64,000 nt of DNA from Thermoproteota archaeon. Lineage in GTDB: Archaea; Thermoproteota; Thermoprotei; Thermofilales; B9-G17. The position numbers and the translations under genes are program-made. Shown here piece after piece: positions 9,043 through 18,450 of the stretch; positions within the stretch are counted from its first letter, which is position 1, and the number at the start of each line of letters is the position of its first letter. Under the pieces are notes generated by a model that was given only the letters and a program-made list of their open reading frames with translations, was not told the DNA's origin and did not search any database. The stretch covers positions 96,001-160,000 of the forward strand of contig JAPDJW010000001.1 of NCBI GenBank assembly GCA_029258885.1. Direction: 5' to 3'.

Positions 9043-9951
9043 ATGCTAATGCAGGTTGTCGGCGGTCCTGCTGCCAATGGTCTCGATGAAAAGATAGCTA
9101 AGCTACTAGGACTTAGAAAGGTAAATATAAAACATAAAGTCTTTCCGGACGGTGAGTCCTACATTAGAATTCTCGATAACCTAGAGGATGAAGTAATACT
9201 TGTACAATCCTTCTATCCTCCACAAGATAAGCACATAATAGAATTCTTGCTCTTGGCGGATACTTTGAGGGACCTAGGTGTCAAAAATATTATTGGTGTA
9301 GTACCCTATCTTGCATATTCAAGGCAGGATAAAAGGTTTTTAAGCGGTGAAGCTATCAGTATTAAAACTATTTTAAGACTAATTGAATCCGTGGGAGTTA
9401 ATATTTTTATAACTGTAGACATACATAAAGAGGCCAGTCTCTCATTCATGAATATACCAGCATATAATTTGAATCCCGTGGAAATTATTGCTAAATACCT
9501 TATTGAAAACTTTAGCTTCAATAATCCGCTGGTGCTTTCCCCGGACAAGGGTGGACTCAAAAGGGCTGGCGAGTTAGCTAAGCTATTATCGACTGACTAT
9601 GATTACATCGAAAAATCTAGAGATAGAATTACTGGAGAAGTAACGGCAAAGCCTAAAACCCTAGAAGCTAAGGGAAGGGATGTAATTATAATCGATGATA
9701 TAATAAGCACTGGTGGGACAATAGCTCTTGCAACAAGATGCGTTAAAAGTCATGGAGCCAGAAAAGTATATGTAGTATGTACTCATGCCTTGCTTATTGG
9801 CGATGCAGCTAAGAAAATATTTAACTCTGGCGTCGATGTACTGCTTGCAACGGATACTGTCCCATCTCCATATTCGAAGATCTCTGTAGCACCTGTTATC
9901 ATAAATATGATAAAAACCATACTTGGTGAAAAAATACGGGAGTCTGGCTAA
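9043..9951 (+). CDS. prs: Ribose-phosphate pyrophosphokinase
   Basis: FPDGESYIRI, PYLAYSRQDKRF, PDKGG, IIIDDIISTGGT. Confidence 0.96.
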   Translation: MLMQVVGGPAANGLDEKIAKLLGLRKVNIKHKVFPDGESYIRILDNLEDEVILVQSFYPPQDKHIIEFLLLADTLRDLGVKNIIGVVPYLAYSRQDKRFLSGEAISIKTILRLIESVGVNIFITVDIHKEASLSFMNIPAYNLNPVEIIAKYLIENFSFNNPLVLSPDKGGLKRAGELAKLLSTDYDYIEKSRDRITGEVTAKPKTLEAKGRDVIIIDDIISTGGTIALATRCVKSHGARKVYVVCTHALLIGDAAKKIFNSGVDVLLATDTVPSPYSKISVAPVIINMIKTILGEKIRESG

Positions 9952-10961
9952 CACCAATAATCCCACGAAAGAAAGTAAGGTTAAAATTTTTAAGCAATAA
10001 AATCCTGGCTATAGATGCATACAATACATTATACCAGTTCCTAGCGTTAATTAGAACCCCTCTAGGCGAGCTATTTAGAGATGAAAAAGGGAGAATTACA
10101 TCTCACCTAATAGGCCTTGTATATAGGACAATAAGGCTAATATGTGATTATAATATAATTCCAGTTTTCGTCTTCGATGGAAAGCCGCATCCATTGAAAA
10201 TAAGGGAGCTAAAGAAGAGACAGGAAGCTAGGAAAAAAGCGTATGAAGAATGGAGGAAGCTTCTTGCTGAAGGTAGATATAGAGAGGCGTTTTCTAAGGC
10301 TGTTGTATCAGGTCGTTTAACAACCGATATGGTTAATGATGCTAAGGTTTTGCTTGATTTGCTTGGTGTGCCTTGGGTTCAGGCGCCTTCTGAGGGTGAG
10401 GCTCAAGCTGCATATATGGCTTTAAAGGGCGATGTATGGGCAACAGCAAGCCAAGACTACGACTCCCTACTCTACGGAACACCAAGACTTGTGAGGTATG
10501 TTACGTTGACTGGTTTCGAGTACCTACCAAGCAAAAGAATGGTGAAAAAATTAGTTCCCGAACTTATAGAGCTAGAAGTTTTACTGGAGCATCTTTCTTT
10601 GACGAGAGAACAGTTGATAGATGTAGCTATATTAGTAGGGACAGACTATAATGAGGGGGTAAAAGGCATTGGACCTAAAAAAGCGTTAAAACTCATTAAA
10701 AAATATAAAAAGATAGAAAATTTACCTTATAAAATATTAAGCGAGGTATGTAGTAATTACGATGAGATTAGGAAAATATTCCTGAACCCTGAAGTAACAG
10801 ATGATTACATTATTTGTCTAAGAAAGCCGGATATCGATGGACTCATAGAGTTCCTATGCGATGAGAGGGGCTTTTCTAAGCGCAGGGTTAAGGTGGCAAT
10901 AGATAGGTTAAATAAAGCTACTTCTATGTATAGGGGAAAACAATTAACTTTATCCTTCTAG
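9936..10961 (+). CDS. Second flap endonuclease-1 paralog; full-length frame starts at ACG 9936 (track start 10194 is truncated)
   Basis: Open frame from 9936: (M)GVWLTPIIPRKKVRLKFLSNKILAIDAYNTLYQFL...ITSHLIGL...VFDGKP, then EGEAQAA, SQDYDS, GTDYN, GIGPKKA. Confidence 0.85.
   Translation, partial: TGVWLTPIIPRKKVRLKFLSNKILAIDAYNTLYQFLALIRTPLGELFRDEKGRITSHLIGLVYRTIRLICDYNIIPVFVFDGKPHPLKIRELKKRQEARKKAYEEWRKLLAEGRYREAFSKAVVSGRLTTDMVNDAKVLLDLLGVPWVQAPSEGEAQAAYMALKGDVWATASQDYDSLLYGTPRLVRYVTLTGFEYLPSKRMVKKLVPELIELEVLLEHLSLTREQLIDVAILVGTDYNEGVKGIGPKKALKLIKKYKKIENLPYKILSEVCSNYDEIRKIFLNPEVTDDYIICLRKPDIDGLIEFLCDERGFSKRRVKVAIDRLNKATSMYRGKQLTLSF
10329..10492 (+). repeat. 164-bp direct repeat, copy 1 (identical to 25588-25751)
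   Basis: Base-by-base comparison ATGGTTAATGATGC...ACACCAAGACTTGT is identical; flanks diverge immediately. Confidence 0.95.
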
Positions 10962-11015
10962 TAGTATATTATTCAGAAGATGGTGAATAATTTGGGGGAA
11001 GGAGTTAATGTGAAT

Positions 11016-11372
11016 ATGAGCAGTGAAAAAGTAATAAAGAAAATGGCAAATTTGCTTAGGGCTGGGGCTACTCTTCTAAGTTATTCATGTCCTATATGTA
11101 AATCTCCATTGTTTAGGCTTAAAAGCGGAGAAGTAATATGTCCAAAATGTGGAAAAAGAGTATTTATCGTAAAGGATGAAATGGAGGAAAGGAAGGTTTA
11201 CTTAGGTTTAATGCTAAAGAATCTCGAGGAGACAATTCTTTCAAAAGTCAATGAGATTAACCTAATAATAAGTAAAAGGAATGTAGATGAGATAGACGAC
11301 TATGTGAAGTTACTCATCGATTTACTTGAAGTTCTCGAAAGAGTAACCAAATTATCTGAAAGAATTAGGTGA
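11016..11372 (+). CDS. UPF0148 / SSSCA1-like Zn-ribbon protein
   Basis: KKMANLLRAGATLLSYSCPICKSPLFRLKSGEVICPKC. Confidence 0.85.
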   Translation: MSSEKVIKKMANLLRAGATLLSYSCPICKSPLFRLKSGEVICPKCGKRVFIVKDEMEERKVYLGLMLKNLEETILSKVNEINLIISKRNVDEIDDYVKLLIDLLEVLERVTKLSERIR

Positions 11373-11376
11373 ATAA

Positions 11377-12087
11377 ATGAAAGATTATAGTCGAATAAGC
11401 CCTAAAATTGATGAATTTAAGGTATATTATGATGAAGAACATTGGCAATTACTTAAAAATTTAAGGAGGAATGCTCGTAGGGTCATGTATGTGCTCTCTA
11501 AACATAATATTAACACAGTCCTCCATGGTAGTGTTGCAAGGGGGGATGTGAATAAAGACAGTGATGTAGATATGGCGGTCTTGGATCTTATATCGCCATC
11601 CATCATTGAAACTATTCTCGACCTTTCAAATGTTAACATAAATTATAGAACGATAATTCAAGCTACTCCAAACAGCACGCCGAAACTATATTACCACTTA
11701 CATGGTAACGTCATTCTAGCGGTACCATTGGGAAAATTAAGTAGGCTAGAGAGGGAGTTTTACAAGTTTGGAGGAGAGCTGGATCTTAACGGATTAATTC
11801 TGAATCGTAGAGTTCCTGGAGTCAATAAGAACCTAAGGTTAGTTCTACCAACAGAGTACGGTCATATTGAGAAGTCAATAATTGGAAGAGAAGAGGAGGT
11901 TGCCAGAACATTAAATGTATCCATGGATATTATACGCGAGAGGATAAGAATGCTCACAAGAAGAGAATCCATCGGTAGGACGGGTGTCTTTATAAAGAGG
12001 GTCTTAAACCATAATGAAAGTGTTAATGATGTAATAAAAGAATTAATGAAGAAGAGTCCGGCCTTTAGGCGAAAAGTAGACTTATAA
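11377..12087 (+). CDS. Predicted nucleotidyltransferase (COG2413-like)
   Basis: Pol-beta motif HGSVARGDVNKDSDVDM; EREFYKFGG; RVPGVNKNL; REIGRTGVF-like tail. Confidence 0.8.
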   Translation: MKDYSRISPKIDEFKVYYDEEHWQLLKNLRRNARRVMYVLSKHNINTVLHGSVARGDVNKDSDVDMAVLDLISPSIIETILDLSNVNINYRTIIQATPNSTPKLYYHLHGNVILAVPLGKLSRLEREFYKFGGELDLNGLILNRRVPGVNKNLRLVLPTEYGHIEKSIIGREEEVARTLNVSMDIIRERIRMLTRRESIGRTGVFIKRVLNHNESVNDVIKELMKKSPAFRRKVDL

Positions 12088-12145
12088 CATCTTTGCGGTC
12101 TTCTGAGTTATTGTAATGATGATGTCGATTCATCGCAGTAAGTTA

Positions 12146-12823
12146 TTACGCCGTATAGATATGCTCATAAGCACATAATATCCGAGAGATAACTATCCAT
12201 GTTTCTAGTGTTTCTTTGAAGATAGATACTATATAGTCGGCTTGTTCCCGTATTTCCTGACTTATGTTTCCACGCTGAAAACCACCTATCAATATCAGTG
12301 GATTATCGCCTATAGGAAATTTTTTAGCTAGCTCGTGAACAGACATTTTCTTGCCTTTCTCGTCCAGTAAGATTACAGTTCCCGGCTTAACATGACCAAT
12401 TAAATCCTTTACGGACATCTCTCTAATCCATAAGAGAGGACTTGAACTATTAGGCGGAACCTTACCTTTATCTAATAGTTGTTCCATTAAGCCGACGAAC
12501 CTTATATAGTTCTTGGGAATCCTTGTGGAAGGATCAATAAATACTACTTTTCCATCATATGTATGTACGTATATTCTAAGAAGTGCCATTTTATTTAAGG
12601 GGGATCCAAGTGCTTCAAGTAAACAGAAATGCACTATGTCGGGTCTCCCTCTCTTATTGAAGTCCTTCAAATTCTTCATTGCGTGGTAATGAAAGGAGAT
12701 ATCCAGCAAAACCTTACTTGGTTTCTTACCTCTTTTCTTAGCATATCTTCGAATCAGGGGATGTTTACTTATTTCCTTAGGTACAAGTTCAAGCCCAGAT
12801 TCTACTAGACATATATGTAACAT
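12146..12823 (-). CDS. nep1: 16S rRNA pseudouridine N1-methyltransferase Nep1/Emg1
   Basis: ESGLELVP, LLDISFHY, RGRPDIVH, RIPKNYIRFVGLMEQL, IGGFQRG; start set at ATG 12823 (MLHICL). Confidence 0.93.
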   Translation of the reverse strand: MLHICLVESGLELVPKEISKHPLIRRYAKKRGKKPSKVLLDISFHYHAMKNLKDFNKRGRPDIVHFCLLEALGSPLNKMALLRIYVHTYDGKVVFIDPSTRIPKNYIRFVGLMEQLLDKGKVPPNSSSPLLWIREMSVKDLIGHVKPGTVILLDEKGKKMSVHELAKKFPIGDNPLILIGGFQRGNISQEIREQADYIVSIFKETLETWIVISRILCAYEHIYTA

Positions 12824-12866
12824 GCAATTAATATTATTAGAAAGGTGATTTATATACGGTGACGAA

Positions 12867-13898
12867 ATGATAATCCTCGGAGATGAACAGACGTTACTTA
12901 ATGAACGCTTTCTAATAGGTTTAGTAAAAAAATACGGCGAACTTTTTAACCTATTTTCTCTACCTACGCTAATTTCTTCCTCATTAAAAAAGTCTTTAAA
13001 AATTTTCCCACATAGCATAATTAAAGTGATAAACAATGAGAAAATTTTAATTCCATACATTTCTTCCGAAAAAGATACCTACATTGACATGTTTAAAAAG
13101 TTAAAAAATAAAGGATATGGTGAATATCTAGTCCCAACTATAGCTGCCATAGGGTTTGCTGAATGGTTTGATTTTATAGAGCTTTTTCATAGCTTAGAGC
13201 CAGAGTTTATTCAACTGAATGTAATTCCTCCATACTATCTTGGCGGTTTATCATATTTTATCGATAATTTTTCTGGTTTTATCGCCGAGTTGAGGGAGAT
13301 AACCAATATAAAATTCCTGATTAAGCTTCCATTTGAGGTGTTATTCTCAAACAAATTGGCGAAAATACTATCATATGGAAGAGGCATTTTTACGTGTTAC
13401 AATATAAGCTTCTCTGGAAGCGAGGCAAAAGTTATTACCTTTAAATTGAGGCCAGAATACACGGACTTATTTCTTTCATTTCTTAAGAAAGCGAATCTTA
13501 ATAATATCGGTATCTCAGCTGATATTAGAGACCTTAAGCAATTACATAGAATGCTGAAGCTGAACGTAGATACAATAAGCATTCCGTATGTGTCTAGATC
13601 TATTATAGGTGTCCTTAAAGATTTAAATAAAGCTGAGCACGTTGAAGCGTCATCTATCATTAAGCTAAATCTTTCTAACGCAAAGGAACTTAAGCTAATC
13701 GTAGATCGAGATAAATGTGATAAGTGTATGGGTGAATACCTATGCATTAATTTCTGTCCATTCGAGGCAATTTCACTTAGAAACTCCTATCCATTCATAG
13801 ATAATGTCTCATGTACAAAATGTTACGTTTGTCTAAATATCTGTCCAAGAGATGCTATCTCGCGAGAATATAAGGTTCATATCAGTGTAAGCGATTAG
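12867..13898 (+). CDS. Divergent DHODH/PreA-like barrel with C-terminal 2x[4Fe-4S] ferredoxin
   Basis: C-terminal CDKCMGEYLCINFCP and CTKCYVCLNICP; FIQLNV and FLIKLP echo DHODH ELN and VKL motifs. Confidence 0.55.
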   Translation: MIILGDEQTLLNERFLIGLVKKYGELFNLFSLPTLISSSLKKSLKIFPHSIIKVINNEKILIPYISSEKDTYIDMFKKLKNKGYGEYLVPTIAAIGFAEWFDFIELFHSLEPEFIQLNVIPPYYLGGLSYFIDNFSGFIAELREITNIKFLIKLPFEVLFSNKLAKILSYGRGIFTCYNISFSGSEAKVITFKLRPEYTDLFLSFLKKANLNNIGISADIRDLKQLHRMLKLNVDTISIPYVSRSIIGVLKDLNKAEHVEASSIIKLNLSNAKELKLIVDRDKCDKCMGEYLCINFCPFEAISLRNSYPFIDNVSCTKCYVCLNICPRDAISREYKVHISVSD

Positions 13899-14128
13899 AG
13901 ATATGTGCGGTCAATTACATGAATTAACCTTAAATTCTTCTTAACGGGCTCTACGTATATGATTTTCCTAAGTTCAAGCTCCATTAGTGCTCTGTTAAGG
14001 TCCTTGAGAGTTACTTCCTTGCCATATAGTTTACGAAGTTCTTTTAAGAGTTCACTATCTCTAGCAACGCCGCTTCGCTTTCTCCTCAATATATCCAGAA
14101 TAATTACAGTTAGTGGCGCGTACATCAT
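13895..14128 (-). CDS. Small winged-helix-like protein downstream of cdc48
   Basis: 77 aa; DLNRALMELELRKIIYV; directly follows cdc48. Confidence 0.65.
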   Translation of the reverse strand: MMYAPLTVIILDILRRKRSGVARDSELLKELRKLYGKEVTLKDLNRALMELELRKIIYVEPVKKNLRLIHVIDRTYL

Positions 14129-14134
14129 ATAACC

Positions 14135-16345
<2,211 letters not shown>

Positions 16346-16436
16346 TCAAAAACACCAAGCTAATTTTGCTTCAAATCACCAAAATAGTAGTGGACAATAG
16401 CAGTATTTAAGGTTAATGTTAAAGGTAGAAATAGTT

Positions 16437-16490
16437 TAATCAGATTTGGTACCCTACATCATAATTCAGTCTTCTACATTCATCACGACT
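16437..16490 (-). ncRNA. Box C/D small RNA candidate
   Basis: Minus strand: GTGATGA-atgtagaaga-CTGA-att-ATGATGT-agggtaccaaat-CTGA (C, D', C', D with typical spacing). Confidence 0.7.
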
Positions 16491-16522
16491 ATGTATTACT
16501 ACTAATAAGCTTGCTAATAAAC

Positions 16523-16530
16523 TTTATAAA
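16523..16530. promoter_or_regulatory. Palindromic TATA box TTTATAAA, possibly bidirectional
   Basis: About 33 nt from the tRNA-Met 5' end (+) and a similar distance from the C/D candidate (-). Confidence 0.5.
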
Positions 16531-16555
16531 GTTGGAGTGAAAACTTATATTCTGA

Positions 16556-16658
16556 GCCGGGGTGGCCTAGCCATCTGATCCACAGGGAACCAGACTAGAA
16601 TGGTTAGGGCGCCGGACTCATAATCCGGAGGGCGTGGGTTCGAAGCCCACCCCCGGCA
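16556..16658 (+). tRNA. Elongator tRNA-Met(CAT) with 28-nt D-loop intron (16573-16600)
   Basis: GCCGGGG/CCCCGGC-A; CCGGA-CTCATAA-TCCGG; G1:C72 and no 3-GC anticodon stem, so not initiator; excision gives GCCTAGCCTGGTTAGGGC. Confidence 0.93.
16573..16600 (+). other. BHB tRNA intron at position 17/17a
   Basis: CTAG:CTAG central helix, bulges CC|A and AA|T, inner helix TCTG:CAGA. Confidence 0.92.
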
Positions 16659-16917
16659 CTTGTCTAGTCTCTATCTTTATATTTTCATCAATTTTCCTTA
16701 TAATTTCTAAGACTTTATTTTTATCTCTAGTATTTTGTCTGCTAAGCCACAGAATAGCTGCCCGGTTGAAATACGGTTCTAGTAGAATGATTGCTATGAA
16801 CTTTTCTCCATCGCCGACTATGTATTCATATGCATGCATCCTTACGAAATATCCATGCTTTTTAAGCTGTCTAAGCAGTCTAAGGCGGTTTTCCTGAAGA
16901 GCAAATTTTGAGTGCAT
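16618..16917 (-). CDS. Hypothetical protein whose 3' end runs antisense into tRNA-Met
   Basis: 99-aa ORF; the last ~14 codons are the reverse complement of the tRNA. Confidence 0.45.
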   Translation of the reverse strand: MHSKFALQENRLRLLRQLKKHGYFVRMHAYEYIVGDGEKFIAIILLEPYFNRAAILWLSRQNTRDKNKVLEIIRKIDENIKIETRQVPGVGFEPTPSGL

Positions 16918-16988
16918 TTTATCCCAATACTTACCAGGATATTACTTAAACAATTTACCTGCTAAGCTTTATAAGCATATACTGTCTA

Positions 16989-17462
16989 TTGATGACCATG
17001 AGTGAAGTAGTTATGAGCGGCCTTAAGGAAGATTTTCTAAGGAATTTTAATGAAAAATTTAGGAGAATGTATGCTAAATATAACGAAGCGGTCAATAGGC
17101 GAGACTACGATGAAGCGATAAAGCTTGGAAAGGACATGTTAAATGATCTGTTAGCCATAGCGAGAAAATACATATTAGAAAATCTAAATAACCCAACGAT
17201 TAGGAGCCTAGTTGAAGATATCTTGACATACCACGAGAAGAACCTTGGCTACGTTGAAGGGACGGAAGAAGCTATTGAAGATATTCCACTTCTATTCACA
17301 TTTGAGGCTAAAGAAAGAATACTCTCGACATTAGCTCCAAGTATTCAGGAGCTATTCAGCTTTATATTAGGGGCTCTTCTTGTATTAGCGGATATAAGAA
17401 GCACTACTTTTTATAGGAGAAAGGAGAACACCAATAAGGACAAATTACCTAAAATAGTATAA
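16989..17462 (+). CDS. Hypothetical helical protein
   Basis: 157-aa ORF with genome-typical codon use; no motif recognised. Confidence 0.6.
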   Translation: MMTMSEVVMSGLKEDFLRNFNEKFRRMYAKYNEAVNRRDYDEAIKLGKDMLNDLLAIARKYILENLNNPTIRSLVEDILTYHEKNLGYVEGTEEAIEDIPLLFTFEAKERILSTLAPSIQELFSFILGALLVLADIRSTTFYRRKENTNKDKLPKIV

Positions 17463-17466
17463 TCGG

Positions 17467-18450
17467 TTAAAGTGGAGGATGAACTTTTATTCTGTCTTTG
17501 CCCTTTAAATTTATCCATCTTATGAACTCTTCGTTTGGCGGCATCTTTTCCCAAAGCTCCTTTCTCCTAGCTTCAAGCAACATGTTATCCATGCCTCTGT
17601 ATTCAGCCATCGTAAATACTTTATTTTCACTTTCTCCACTTTCTATAAAAGCGGAATTCAGCCTGTCCTTCCACCCTAGATCCCTTAGTGTGTGATGACT
17701 TAATATCACGATATTCATCCTTCTTATCAACTCAATCATATTCTTCATACCTCTTTCGATGTCTGCCATACTCACTTTTTTCCCCTCAAGGTACAGTGGC
17801 GGTCCTCCAAGAATTAAAATATCAGGTCTTTCTTCAATTATGTATTCTAACGCGTTGTGGTCCATGGGACCTTGTATATCCGATGCATGCACTACTTTTT
17901 CATCGTCAAATATTACTGTTGTCATTAGAACCCATCCAAGGCGTGTCCCTGGTGGACCGTGAGGAAATGGCTTAGAAAACTTAACGATAGTATCGCCTAT
18001 CCTTATAGTCTTGCCATCTACCTGAAGTATTTTATACGCCTTATCCTTAATAGCTTCATAAAGATATTTTGCTCTTACCATTTGCCGGTAGTTTATGTTG
18101 TTGCTAAAATCTTTCATTAATACTATTTTATCTCCATATATCTCCTCGTATGTATCTTCACGCGTCCATTCGTACCAGCTCGGAAAACTGGGCGTATAGT
18201 GATCCAAATGATAGTGGCTGATAATTACAACCTCGGATAGCCTAGAGTAATCTAGTATTCTTTCTCTAGCTTCTCTTAGCTTGATAAACTCCGACGGATG
18301 GGGAGGTAGCCCGTACCTGCGGGGAGCAAGGGAGACTCCCGCGTCAATTAGTATCCCTAGGTCTGGAGTTTGTACATAGACCGACATACTTCGAACTCCC
18401 AAGCTCTCGTCGGCTAGTGGCACTACTCTTATTTTACCCAAGGGAATCAC
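17467..18450 (-). CDS. UPF0282 metallo-beta-lactamase-fold hydrolase
   Basis: ESLGVRSM, ILIDAGVSLAPRRYGLPPHP, SHYHLDH, HASDIQGP, HHTLRD. Confidence 0.88.
   Translation of the reverse strand: MIPLGKIRVVPLADESLGVRSMSVYVQTPDLGILIDAGVSLAPRRYGLPPHPSEFIKLREARERILDYSRLSEVVIISHYHLDHYTPSFPSWYEWTREDTYEEIYGDKIVLMKDFSNNINYRQMVRAKYLYEAIKDKAYKILQVDGKTIRIGDTIVKFSKPFPHGPPGTRLGWVLMTTVIFDDEKVVHASDIQGPMDHNALEYIIEERPDILILGGPPLYLEGKKVSMADIERGMKNMIELIRRMNIVILSHHTLRDLGWKDRLNSAFIESGESENKVFTMAEYRGMDNMLLEARRKELWEKMPPNEEFIRWINLKGKDRIKVHPPL

Noticed and set aside
9907-9940. Possible intron creating an AUG for the FEN1 paralog (AT...G join)
   Set aside because: No 4-bp central helix or 3-nt bulges can be formed; ACG start or point mutation is simpler.
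12090-12145. CTGA and ATGATGA boxes between the nucleotidyltransferase and nep1
   Set aside because: No leading C box or terminal D box; cannot build a C/D RNA.
12823-13060. Long N-terminal extension of Nep1 in the ORF track
   Set aside because: It overlaps the opposite-strand gene at 12867; homology starts at MLHICL (12823).
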